A DNA stretch of 64,000 bases from Chiloscyllium plagiosum (GCF_004010195.1 NC_057720.1:30562927-30626926), one strand, 5' to 3'; positions 25,655 to 37,144 are shown, counted from the first letter of the stretch. The notes: generated from the sequence alone by a model not told the origin. Program-made: numbers and translations.

Positions 25655-26565
25655 ATAAACAACATCCTTACAGGGTGAAGTTCACCAAAGAGGAAGAGAA
25701 CAACAACAGACTCTCCTTCCTAGACATCATGATAGAACGCACAGGAAAGCCACACACACTGACCCAGATACTCAACTACAGGAGCAATCAACTCAACACC
25801 TACAAACGGAGCTGCATCAGGACATTATTTAAATGAGCCACAACACAATGCAGCACTCAGGAACTAAGAGAAGCTGAGGAAACACCAGAAAAATGTATTC
25901 AGGAATAACAGATACCTGATAAGTGCAGTCTGCTGATTACAACATAACAGACCTAAACAAGAAGACACAACACGCCCAGAAACTCTAGCCACACTGCCAT
26001 ACATTAGAGACATCTTGTAGATGACGACCAGACTACTCCGCCTCTCAGCATCATGGTAGCGCACAAACCTACCACCACACTGAAACAGCTCCTGATGAAT
26101 TTAAAGGACCCCGTACCAACAACCAGCAGAATGAACATCATATACAAAACACTCTGTAAGGACTGCAACAAACACTACATTGGACATGTGGGCAGGAAGC
26201 TAGCCACCAGGATACATAAGCACCAACTAGCCACCAAAAGACATGACCAATGTCACTAGTATCCATACGCACAAACGAAGAGGGACACCAGTTTGGCTGG
26301 GACAATACATCCATCACAGACAGACTAAACAAAGAATTCCTAGAGGCCTGGCATTCCAACTGGAACTCCATTAAGAAACATATCGATTTGGACCCCATTT
26401 ATCAACCTCTCAGAGTGATATCACCCGCCACAATAGACAAAGACACAAATAGTAAGCAGGGCAGAACACCAGTGTTTCATCGGTGGCTCACGATGATGTT
26501 ACCTAGCATGGTGACGGAACATCTGAAAACAAATCTACCAGCTCAGCGCGCGAACTTACAAGCTC
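25655..26565 (+). mobile_element. Penelope-like element remnant (RT C-terminus and GIY-YIG endonuclease)
   Basis: KFTKEEENNNRLSFLD; IIYKTLCKDCNKHYIG...RIHKH; FLEAWHS. Decayed hammerhead core at 26488-26525. Confidence 0.85.
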
Positions 26566-27159
26566 TATGACTCGATGACCCTCGTGCTTTGGGATCTTTA
26601 ACTAAAGTCAGCAGCTAGGGTGTGAAATTCAACCGAAAGATAATGGTGTTCAGGACTTTCCTCAATACCACACTGGTATGACAGCCACAATTCGTTTTTT
26701 TTTGTGTTGAAGCCCCAGGAGTGTGTACAGAACCCAGAAGGTTACTCCCTCAGAGAGGGAGCCACAGCTGACTTCCCAAATCCAATCTCACCTGGAAGAC
26801 ATGAAAACAAGGGAGTGTTTAAAAAAAAATCCTTCCCCAAATACTGACAAACCTTGGCTCATGAACACAAAATCTATATCCTCTGTAAACTTTATTACTG
26901 CGCAGAATGTGGAATAATGTTTCATGTAAACAACAGGAACATTCGCCTAACGTGACAACTGTTGACTTGCTTTGAAAGGACTCTACTCCTTGGGCATTCA
27001 GTGATGTACATTCTGTACGGGTTACACATGGGATTTGAGTTAGCACACTATAGTGTAGGTTTCCCGCAATTGGAAGGGTTTGTTTGAGCATTGATTGGAA
27101 AGGGGCTGTCTTTCACCTCTTGGCTTGTAATTTGATCGCTGTGGGCTTTTCCAAAGGCA

Positions 27160-27172
27160 GGTAACGATTCAT
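27160..27172 (+). promoter_or_regulatory. HNF1-like site
   Basis: GGTAACGATTCAT matches 8 of 12 defined positions of GTTAATNATTAAC and sits 27 bp upstream of the SRE. Confidence 0.55.
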
Positions 27173-27199
27173 ATGAATGGATGGCCCGATGTGATATCA

Positions 27200-27209
27200 G
27201 TGGCGTGAT
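27200..27209 (+). promoter_or_regulatory. Sterol regulatory element (SRE) of the PCSK9 promoter
   Basis: GTGGCGTGAT (reverse complement ATCACGCCAC), about 220 bp upstream of the ATG. Same decamer as the human PCSK9 SRE (recalled). Confidence 0.8.
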
Positions 27210-27237
27210 CCTCAGACCAGGGACCCTCGTGATGTCA

Positions 27238-27275
27238 GGGCGGCAACTCCACACCTTTCAGAACAGGTATTTAAA
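27238..27275 (+). promoter_or_regulatory. GC box (GGGCGG 27238-27243) and TATA-like box (TATTTAAA 27268-27275)
   Basis: Motifs seen directly between the SRE and the ATG. They imply a TSS near 27300, with no ATG between there and 27421. Inverted CCAAT boxes also occur at 27069 and 27094. Confidence 0.55.
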
Positions 27276-27350
27276 GGCACCACATGTGGCAGAAGGCACT
27301 TGCTGACAGTGTTTGCTCTGTTCACTACCAACGTCATCAGCAAACCCGCG

Positions 27351-27382
27351 CTCTTCTCTCTCTCTCTCTCTCTCTGTCTCTC
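27351..27382 (+). repeat. (CT)n microsatellite in the predicted PCSK9 5'UTR
   Basis: Seen directly, about 40 nt upstream of the ATG. Confidence 0.9.
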
Positions 27383-27420
27383 ACCTGAGCGACCCCTTCA
27401 AAACCTTCCCTTCCCCAACC

Positions 27421-27612
27421 ATGGCTGGCTCCCTACTCTGGGCGAACGTATTGATTATCCTGTGTTTTCTATCTTGCACATTAGAGCTTGAAGGAAAAGA
27501 GAAGGTCGATGAATCTTTAGTCTTCAATGAGGAGATTCTCCTGCAGGATTCTGAGCTGGAACCAAGGAACCACAACCTGAACAAGCCTGTTCCCTTGCAC
27601 CGCTCTAACACA
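27421..27612 (+). CDS. PCSK9: PCSK9 coding exon 1 (signal peptide and start of prodomain)
   Basis: Strong Kozak ccaaccATGG. Translates MAGSLLWANVLIILCFLSCTLELE...LHRSNT with a hydrophobic signal peptide. Donor CA|GTAAGC, phase 0, joins exon 2 in frame, matching the human HRCAK|DPWRLP junction. Confidence 0.9.
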
Positions 27613-29164
27613 GTAAGCAATACCTTGTGGTTAATTTCAGAATTGAGCTTGCTTTCAATTAATTCATTCGCAGCGGGAAACGTGCCCCTTGAAAATCTTT
27701 TTAATTTCTCTATAAATTGTACTTTTAAAAAAGACGCTATCATTTAGGCGCATGTTATTGTTTATATCGATTTCCATGCTTTTTTTTGTCCTCAGAGTTT
27801 CGCTGTGTAAAATAGTTCAATTTTACTATTTCACAAAATGTAACCTGCCCCCTTGGAAAGGAATACAATCTCCCAATTTCTTTGCAGTCAGTTGAATTTT
27901 AAAGAAATGCGCAGATAATATCGTATTTTGAGACGAACTTAGTTAGGAACCCAGAACAAGTTGTTCTGAAGTCACCTAAAACGGTACAAGACGACAAAGT
28001 GATTTGCTGTACTATAATATCCAGAAAGTCGTGTTCAATGTGTTGCATTATCGCAGCATTGTGATAAACAGTGGTTGAATTACAGCAGAGCTGGTACCCC
28101 ACTCCCACCTATGCATCAGCTCTGGATCTTTTCAACTAAAGTTGTATTCCTTGCATCCTGCTAATTTGATGCAATAACCACTTGCAATGTTTAAAATTAA
28201 AAATCTCTGCACTCCAGTTGCACAGTAACTTCAGCAAGAAATTGGCAGGAAGTATTAAAGTATATATTTGTAATTTTCTGTACTATCAGAAGACGTAAAA
28301 TGTTCTGTTCTGGATATTTTTAATTAGCCTGTTTAGACAGATTATTACAAACCTGTGGAGCAACAACTCAATGTGTGTGTTCTGGGTTACAGGTAGATGA
28401 GCTCAGCTTTGCCTCTAGCCTGTTCCACTACACAGTTGATTTGTATCTTTTGATCTATAACCTCTATGTTCCTGCCTAACAAAATATTTGTTGATCAGTA
28501 CTAATGAATGTGAATAATTGTTTCTCACTTCTGCCCAGTGTTAATGTTTTCAGGTTGTTTACCTTTACTAGAATATTGATCAATGTTAGAGATGAACAGA
28601 TTTGTCATCAACTGAATCAAAGGGATGATGGTGCAGGCCAGGTACTGTGAAACAAAAGAGGCCACGCACAGCGCTCACCTTTCAAAGGGAATGCTGCCCA
28701 CGGCCCTCTGGAACTTCTGTGTTCCTCCCATTTATTTCATAACTTTTATCATTGACAGTTGTTCCCCAACTTCTCTTTATCACCTCTATAAAGTTTCTCC
28801 TTTTTAAAACAAAGGTTTTAGTCACTTAGAATTTGGCACAACAAAATACAATGTTTAGGATACCTGTGGGTGTTTTGACACTGAACATCTTATTAATTGT
28901 ATTGAGGAGTACTTCGATAGGATATAGCTTCATCTAGGTAACTGAATCCCTTTAGAACTCAAGTATCATTTCCGCTGTGAACATAAGTCGGGGTGAATTA
29001 ATTGAGGTTTGCAGGAAGACAGTTTGATTTGCGGAAAGCAACAATATTAAGTCCAGCTGGTCACTGATCTACCAATCTCCGAGTCAATGCTATTATGTGG
29101 AATTAAGCTTAAAGACCATATCTCAAGCTGACTAAAATAAAAATCTATCTTATTGTGTTCCCAG

Positions 29165-29356
29165 GATGCTTGGAGGTTGCCTGGCCAGTACATAATAGTA
29201 CTGAATGAAAAAACTCATAAATCCCAGATGGAACGGACAATACACCGACTCCAAACCAAAGCAGCCGAACATGGCTATATGACGGAACTTGTTCTCGTTT
29301 TCCATGAGGTCTTCAGTGGCTTTGTCATCAAAATGAGCAGCGATGCATTAGACTTG
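29165..29356 (+). CDS. PCSK9: PCSK9 exon 2 (inhibitor I9 prodomain)
   Basis: ccag|GAT...TTG|gtaaag, 192 nt. DAWRLPGQYIIVL...GFVIKMSSDALDL is homologous to human DPWRLPGTYVVVL...GFLVKMSGDLLEL. Confidence 0.97.
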
Positions 29357-29729
29357 GTAAAGACCAAGAGAATTGTATTAAATGAGTGTTCGGGCTGTTA
29401 AATATGTGTGAGAAAAAGATGTGTTCAATGTAAATGAAGCATTGGGATCGTGACAGTCAGATCTAAATACTTAATTTTACCAAATGGTACAGTTAAAATT
29501 TGCTCCAATTTCATAAACATATCTATTTGGTGGCTTAAATCCAAAAACTTTATACAAAAATAATGAACTGGATATTTGGAATAAAAATAGAAATTGCTGG
29601 TGAAACTCTGCAGGCCTGGCAGCATCTGTAGGGAGAAAGCAACCGTAATGTTTTGAGTCTGGTGACTTAATCAGAACTTCATACAAATCCTGACCATAAA
29701 GCACTATGTTAATGTAAACTGATGTTTAG

Positions 29730-30130
29730 TGGTCAGCAATGGCTTAGTTGGCAATACTCTCTCTTCTGAGCTGATGATTGTGGTTTCAAATCCTGCTCCA
29801 GGACCTGAGCACACAAATTAAGGCTAATGCAGCCCTGAGGCAACGTTTCACTGTCAGATACTGTTTCTCAGGTCTGATGATAGGGCAGACGAAGGCCTTG
29901 GTTTAACAAGTAGATGTAAATGATTCAATGCCATGAGTATGATGAATAGCAGTGGAGTTCTCTCTGGTGTTCTGACCAATGTATCTCTGTCAATCAACAA
30001 CATAAAACATATTAGCTGGCCACTATCACAGTTGTTTATGTAGTTTGCTTTATCAAAATTGCTTGCTAAGTTTGCAATATTGTAACAGTGACGACATTTC
30101 AAAAGTACTCTATTTGGCTGTAAGCCAAAT
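29730..30130 (+). mobile_element. Old Deu-domain tRNA-SINE (SacSINE1-like), PCSK9 intron 2
   Basis: tRNA-like head, GGAGTTCTCTCTGGTGTTCTGACCAAT core and CAAAAGTAC...TTGGCTGTAA tail. Partial reverse copies at about 2930-3007 and 26580-26790. Family name is from memory. Confidence 0.6.
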
Positions 30131-30155
30131 CTCTGGTGGTCTCTTAGGTACAGAC

Positions 30156-30828
30156 TTGCACATCCACTAATATCACTTATTGTATCCGTTGCTCCCGATG
30201 CGTTCTCCTCTACATTGGGGAGACTGGTCTCCTCCCAGCAGAGCACTTTAGGGAACATCTCCGGGACACCCGCACCAATTAAACACACCACTCCGTGGCC
30301 CAACATTTCAACTCCCCCTCCCACTCTGCCGAGGACATGGAGGTCCTGGGCCTCCTTCACCGCCGCTCCCTCACCACCAGACGCCTGGAGGAAGAACGCC
30401 TCATCTTCCGCCTCGGAACACTTCAACCCCCAGGGCATCAATGTGGACTTCAACAGTTTCCTCATTTCTCCTTCCCCCACCTCACCCTAGTTCTAAACTT
30501 CCAGCTCCGCACTGTCCCCATGACTTGTCCAGACTTGTCCTACCTGCCTATCTCCTTTTCCACCTATCCACTCCACCCTCTCCTCCCTGACCTATCACCT
30601 TCATCCCCTCCCCCACTCACCCATTGTACTCTATGCTACTTTCTCCCCACCCCCACCCTCCTCTAGCTTATCTCTCCACGCTCCAGGCTCACTGCCTTTA
30701 TTCCTGATGAAGGGCTTTTGCCCGAAACGTCAATTTCGAAGCTCCTTCAATGCTGCCTGAACTGCTGTGGTCTTCCAGCACCACTAATCCAGAATCTGGT
30801 TTCCAGCATCTGCAGTCATTGTTTTTAC
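30156..30828 (+). mobile_element. Penelope-like element 3' fragment (GIY-YIG and terminal repeat), PCSK9 intron 2
   Basis: YCIRCSRC..YIGETG, VAQHFNSPSH...LEEERLIFRLGTLQP. Perfect 15-bp TSD CTCTTAGGTACAGAC (30141-30155 and 30829-30843). Confidence 0.9.
30698..30737 (+). ncRNA. Minimal type-I hammerhead ribozyme motif (PLE-associated)
   Basis: CUGAUGA-A-GGGC(UUUU)GCCC-GAAA-CG-UC; stem I is imperfect. Confidence 0.65.
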
Positions 30829-30885
30829 CTCTTAGGTACAGACCTCTAACATGCATGACTAATTTGTGAAATTTATTTTTCATAG

Positions 30886-31009
30886 GCACTGAGATTGCCT
30901 CATGTTAAATATATCGAAGAGGACTCGTCCTTGTTTGCTCAGACAATTCCCTGGAATCTAAATCGGATTGTTTCTTCAAAGCAAAGAATGGAACAGTATA
31001 TCCCTCCAA
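30886..31009 (+). CDS. PCSK9: PCSK9 exon 3 (autocatalytic cleavage site)
   Basis: catag|GCA...CCA A|gtatgt, 124 nt. [28 protein letters not shown]. Not in the ORF track; read manually. Confidence 0.97.
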
Positions 31010-31407
31010 GTATGTCCCTCTTTACAGCTTGACATTCAGAGCAATTTCAATAATTAGCAAGAAGCTGGGTAAAAGTAAGATTGTTGAGTTTTTTTTTGTT
31101 TGGACGTTTGAGTTCAGCATCTATGTCAAAGGCTTTCTCAATGCAAGTTCATTATGGGATAAAACCAAAGTATTCTCTCATCTCCGAGCAGCTGGTACTA
31201 CAACAGGCTTTGTTTCTTCTCCCAACTGTCTGGTAACTCTGTGTGATACAGTAACAATAACTTATGGAGAGCTAAACTAATTTAGTTTTGAATGGGGGGG
31301 GGGAGGAATTCACTGCTTTGCTGCACTCCTCACCCAGTAATTTGTAATTGTTTGTTTGCAAAATTGACAACTTGCCTATTTTGTCATTCTTATTGTGTTG
31401 TTGCTAG

Positions 31408-31541
31408 ATAATGGTGATCTGGTGGAAGTTTACTTGCTTGACACTAGTGTACAGAGCAACCATCGAGAGATTGAAGGGAAAGTCTTCATTACAGAGTTTG
31501 AGAGGGTCCCAGAGGAAGATGGCACTCGATTCTACCGCCAG
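31408..31541 (+). CDS. PCSK9: PCSK9 exon 4 (catalytic Asp)
   Basis: ctag|AT...CAG|gtaatt, 134 nt. [21 protein letters not shown]...[11 protein letters not shown]. Confidence 0.97.
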
Positions 31542-32517
31542 GTAATTCAATGTTGTTCAGTTAGAAAAAGCTTAATGTTTCACTGGTAGGTGTATGGAGC
31601 AGAGCAGGCACTTAAAATAAAGTATTGATTTTGAATTAGTTGAAAGCTAGTATTTGTCTTGTGGGATATGGCTATTTGTACATAAATTTTATTGTGCTTC
31701 CTTAGTTGGTAGGGAGACACCTTCTTGATTCACTGTAGTGTAAAGGAACTGCACTGTACCGATCTTTCCATCCATCTTTTCCCAGTATACCTTGCCTCCC
31801 TGAGATCAAATCTCAGTCTGCCTCAGCCTTAATAATGGGGCCCCTGCAACCCTCTGGTGCAGAGAATTTTCACAATCACTTGAATGGAGAAGTTCCTCTT
31901 TATCTGTGTCAAAAAATGGTCTGTCCTTTCCCTGGACAGGCAAAACAACTTTTGACCACCATATCAAATCCTATCAGAATCTTTATGTTTCAATCAGATC
32001 ACTGCTCATTCTTCTTAGTGGCAGAGAATACATAATTTGTGGATGTGTAACTTGGAAGGGAACTTGATATTACGCCATAGAAATAAATAAAGCAGACTGT
32101 GGAACATTGATAGGACAGCTTCTTGAGTTCTTTAGAGCTGTGGGCTATTTGGTTGGAGTGCAGAGAAAAGGCCGTCTGTGACTTACCAGAGAGATGACAG
32201 CCTTTGATATCCTATTTCAGTGACACTGCCCTAACTAACATTATTGATGCCATTGAAATCTGAAATACACAATTGAAGATTCATACTGGACAGGCTTTAT
32301 TTGCATCTGTGGAGACTTTCCTTGAGATGAAACTAATGTTTTGCATGTTGTGTTACTACAGAGAAAAGCAAGCAAATAAACTGAGAAAATGTTCACTTGC
32401 TCAGTTTTAGCATTGCAAGTGTGGAGCTGTCACAAAGTGTGCCATACAGAGCTGATTGTATTTCTAATATGTAAATTGTATTGCTGTCTTTCTTCCCCCC
32501 CCCCCCCCCCCCTCCAG

Positions 32518-32659
32518 GCTAATAAGTGTGACAGCCATGGAACACACACTGCAGGAATAGTGAATGGGCGTGACTCTGGGGTAGCAAAAGGAGCAAATGT
32601 CCGTAGTGTGAAAATTCTCAATTGTCAGGGTAGGGGGACAGTGAGTGGAGCACTGGCTG
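32518..32659 (+). CDS. PCSK9: PCSK9 exon 5 (catalytic His)
   Basis: ccag|GCT...GCT G|gtgagt, 142 nt. [26 protein letters not shown]...[11 protein letters not shown]. Confidence 0.97.
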
Positions 32660-32719
32660 GTGAGTAATCTTCTTAAATTTAAATTGTTGTATTTCTAGCT
32701 ATGCTGAGGAGATGGGTAT

Positions 32720-32966
32720 TTCGGTGTGATTAGCACTGGTGCCTCACAGCACCAGAGATCCAGGTTTGATTCCATCGTCTGGCAACAGTGTGCACATTCC
32801 ACATAGACATTCTTCCCATGTCTGCCTGGGTTTGCTCCCACAAAGATGTGCAGGTTAGGTAGATTGGCCAAGCTAAATTGCCCGTAAGTGTCCAGGGATG
32901 TGTAGGCTGGATGGATTAGTCGTAGGAAATGCAGGGCATTCCATGATACGGCATTCTATGATTCTA
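32720..32966 (+). mobile_element. HE1-like SINE (older), PCSK9 intron 5
   Basis: Similar to the other HE1-like copies; (ATTCTATG) tail. Confidence 0.75.
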
Positions 32967-33509
32967 ACTTGCATTCCTCTGGCCTGGATACTTAAAAATT
33001 CATTCATGGGATGTAGGGATCACTAGCTGGGTCAGCATTTATTGTTCAGTTGTCCTTGAAGGTGGTAGCAATGAGCTGTTTTCTTGAACAGCTACAGACC
33101 ATGTGCTGTAGTTAGATTCTCAGTGCTGTATAGGAGGGAGTTCCAGCATTTTAACCCAGTGACAGTGATGGAACAGCAATTATAGTTCTGAATCAGGACA
33201 GTGACTGGCTTGGAGGGGAACTTGCAGGTGGTGGTGTTCCCATGTACCTGCTGTCCTTGACCTTTTTAGATGGAAATGGTCATGGATTTGGAAGGTGCAG
33301 TCTAAGGAGCCTTAGTGAATCTCTGCAATGCATCTTGTCGATGCTACTGAGCATCAGTGTTGGAGTGAGTGGATGTTTTGTGGGTGTGGTGCAGTGGGGA
33401 AACAACTCCACCATTTTCAAAGTTAAGGAGGCGAGAAGCAGATGTAATATACAAAAATGCATCATTTCAGGTAATTAACATGTATTTCAGAAATTTAACA
33501 GAACAAACA

Positions 33510-33978
33510 GACTATTGATAGAGTCTAATAGGAAACATGCATCACAGCTTGGTGTGGTAACTGTTCTGCCCAAGACTGCAAGAAATTAAGAGTTGTGAAT
33601 GCAGCTCAGTCGGTCACAAAAACCAGCCTTCCTTCTATAGACTCTAGCTATCCTTTCCACTGCCTCGGGAAAGCAGCCAACATAATCAAAGATCCCTCCC
33701 ACTCTGATTATTGCTCCCTTCCACCAGGCAGAAGGCACAAAAGTTTGAAAACACGTACCAACAGATTGAAGAATCACTACTTCCCTACTGTTATCAGACA
33801 TCTGAACAGACTTCTCATTAGAGTTGATTTTTCTCTTCAGCTTCTCTGTAGCTGTAACATCTATATTCTGCATTCTGTTCTTGTAGCTTGAAGTGTTTGT
33901 GAAAAGTATTACATGTCTGGAAAGCACACAAAACAATATACTGTATCTTGGCACATGTGAAAAGAATAAATCAAAAAG
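33510..33978 (+). mobile_element. Rex1/Babar-like LINE 3' fragment
   Basis: CLGKAANIIKDPSH...LPPGRR...RTNRLKNHYFP; ends in AATAAATCAAA. Same family at 50810-51280. Confidence 0.7.
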
Positions 33979-35506
33979 CATTAGAAAATTAAGGGATGAG
34001 AAGACCAGTGGAAACTGTATCTTTTTTTTAAAAATCCTGCACCATTAAATTTACGGCCAGGATCTTACTCAGATAATCTTTCCTTTTCATTTCATTCCTT
34101 TTTGTTTTAGTTAACCACTTAAACTTTGGTTAAATGTTTTTTTTATAACATAATTGTATATGGAGTAAAATGTCACAACTTAAATGTAATAGTTTGCGAT
34201 AGCACCATCTGCTTATCACCTCCTGAACTTTGAAGATGGTGAAGCTGCCCCCTCAGTACACCACACCCACAAACCTCCATTCCCTCCATCACTGATGTAG
34301 CAGTATGTACTAAATACGAGACAGACTGCAGAAATTCACCAAAGCTTCTTTGACAGCACCTTCCAAATCCACGGCATTTATAACTGGGGTCCTTTCAGAG
34401 GATTATTTTCATTTGATGTGGAGAATTTTAGGATTAGGAATACATGTTCTATGAGAAATACTGACTTTGCAGTGCATTACAGCATGCTTTTGAATGAACA
34501 AATCATGGGGGAGGTGAGGGCCTAATGGTATTATTGCAAGACTATTAACCTGGAGAGACAAGGTTCTGGGAACATGGTTTCAAATCCTGTCATGGCAGAT
34601 GGAATTTGAATTCAATACAAATCTGGAATTAAAGGTCTATTGATGACCATGAAACCATTATCCTTTGTCAGGAAAATCCCATCTGGTGCTTTTTATGGAA
34701 GAAGCTGCCATTCCTACCTGGTCTGGCCTACATGGGACTCAGACCCACAGCAATGTGTTTGACTCTCAACTGCCTAATGGGCAATGAAGGTTAGCCAAGC
34801 CAGCAATGTCCGCATCCTGTGAATAATTTATGTTTTTAAAAGTTCAGTCATTAAGAAAATTATACCATAAATATTACATTTGTTAAGAGATGCCAGGCAT
34901 TTGGACTTCCATGACATTATTACTCAATTAAGAAAGAGATACAATGTGGAGGTGCCGGTGTTGGACTCGGGTGGACAAAATTAAAAATCGCACAACACCA
35001 GGTTATAGTCCAACAGGTTTATTTGGAAGCACTAGCTTTTGGAGCACTATCCTTTGGAAGAGGATGATAATTGAGTAAATTTACATGATCAGTTGTAGAA
35101 AGCAATTCACTAAAAGCTATAAAACTTAAACTAGCTATGTTCTATTTCTTACTTTCATTGTCTTTTTTTTTAAGAAAGGTATTTCACATTTGTCTCTTTT
35201 TTTGAATAAATCATTTTCATCTCAAATATTTAATTCAAGTACACTATTTGCAATACAAATGCAATATTTTGCATTTCTAATTCAGGATCTCTGTTTCCAG
35301 CATTTGCAATAGTTGTATCAGACTGAAAAGGGAGGTTTGTTAAAATACTGCTCAAGGTTCTTCTATTTAAGAGGTGGCAAAGAATTTGAAAGGTGTAGAG
35401 AGCTCAAAGACATAAGAACAAAGACTGAGACATAAACTGGGGGTTTGGAGAGAGAAGTGAGGCAAATGTGAACTTCGAAGATGTTTTTTGTTCTTCTATC
35501 TTTCAG

Positions 35507-35703
35507 GTTTGGAGTACATCAGGAACACTCTGATTCTCCAGCCTTACCGACCTTTGATCGTGCTGTTGCCTTTCGTTGGAGGATTTAGTCCAACCTTGAA
35601 TGCTGCGTGTAGACTTTTGGCACGGACAGGTGTCGCATTGATTGCGGCTGCTGGGAATTACAAGGATGACGCTTGCTTGTATTCACCTGCTTCTGAACCA
35701 GAG
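35507..35703 (+). CDS. PCSK9: PCSK9 exon 6 (oxyanion-hole Asn)
   Basis: tcag|GT...GAG|gtatgt, 197 nt. LEYIR...LNAAC...[20 protein letters not shown]. Confidence 0.97.
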
Positions 35704-36960
35704 GTATGTTTCGTCCATCCTATCTATCAGTTCTTTCATAGTGTGGAACTGTCAGGGGAAGGTGACCCATACTGCCTTTTCACAATAGTCAGCTGCTGTA
35801 TTCTGGCATTTAAAGGTCCAGCCAGCCACTTTGACACCTGCTGTCAAACCATACTTACATCAGGTAAATGCCATGTTAAGATGAGTAAAGGGTAGTAAGT
35901 AAAGTACCAGATGAATGGGGAAAGGGTGTCACTTAAGTGCCAGCTGGGCAGTGTGCCCCACATAAGTAGGGTGTCAACTAGGTAGGGAGTAGGTGAAAAG
36001 AGGGTGTCAGTTGGCAGATGTGGCATAGGAGGTGGTGTCCAGGTTTGGCGTGGTAGGGAGGTGAGGTGCAGAGTGGGGGAGGGTGGGTAAAGTGTGGAAC
36101 AGGGAAAGCATATGGATGGACGGTGTCTGGCTTGGTGCAAGGGAGGGGGGGGTGGGTGTTGTCTGATCCAGAGTGGGGGAGAGGTGATTGGGTGCCAAAT
36201 AGGGTGGGGGTGGGCAGTGAATCAGGTCCTAGGAGTGTCAGGTAAAGGTTTTGAAGGTTTGTGGAGTCTGGCAGAGGTTTGAGGTAAGTATGGGGTTTGC
36301 TTGTCATGAGGCACATTGTTTTAATAATCTGACTTTTCCTGAGTAATTATCTGTTTTATTTACTTAGTTACATTGGAACGTGCCCCCCCCACCCCCATCC
36401 CCCAGTTCTCTGATTTTTAAATGGATATTTTTTTAAAGATAGTTCCCAGCATAAAGGAATTGCTCAGCAGAATCTCCAATTTCCAAAAGGTCCCTTAGAG
36501 TGTGCTATGATCAGGATTCTGCAGGGTTCCTGTGTACAACATCCACCTACATTGGAATGATAACTGTCAGGCCATTGCAACTGGAGAGTCAGTGTGACTC
36601 TTGGAAATAATCAAATTGCTAGATAACTCATGTCACACTTCCTCTCCTGCTTCTCCTGGTGGCTTGCTGAGTGGTCAGGGTAAAATGCAGAGAGCAGTTG
36701 CCCTGTATACCCTTGCCACCTGAGCAGCGACTCTAAGACATGTTGGGATGAGGATTGGAGTAAGATGTGATTCTAAACCCATGCCAGTTAGGTCAGATCA
36801 GGCTGGAGTTTGTTTGATATGACTCTTTGGTTATTGCCGGTAAAGGGCATATGTGTCACGTCAGCATAACATAAAGGAAAAATCAGAGCGGGGGTCAAAA
36901 GTAAATTGTAAAAATCCGCTAATCAGCTTATTTTTTCCACATTCCACATGAAACTTTTAG

Positions 36961-37144
36961 GTGATTACCGTTGGTGCTACAAATTATAATGACCAGCCAA
37001 CCACCACTGGTAATATGGGAACTAATTTCGGTCGTTGTGTTGACCTTTTTGCTCCTGGCGATGACATCATTAGTGCTTCCAGTGACTGTGTGACCTGTTT
37101 CACCTCTAAGAGTGGGACCTCACAGGCTGCAGCTCATGTAGCAG
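36961..37144 (+). CDS. PCSK9: PCSK9 exon 7 (catalytic Ser, LDLR EGF-A binding loop)
   Basis: ttag|GTG...GCA G|gtacac, 184 nt. VITVGATN...[42 protein letters not shown]. Confidence 0.97.

Noticed and set aside
27313..27747. 144-aa ORF as a single-exon gene
   Set aside because: Starts at a non-ATG codon and reads through the exon 1 donor. The real coding part is 27421-27612.
32495..32512. Poly-C run at the exon 5 acceptor (and poly-G runs at about 45585, 49425, 56010, 63265)
   Set aside because: Simple homopolymers of unreliable length; the first simply serves as the pyrimidine tract.
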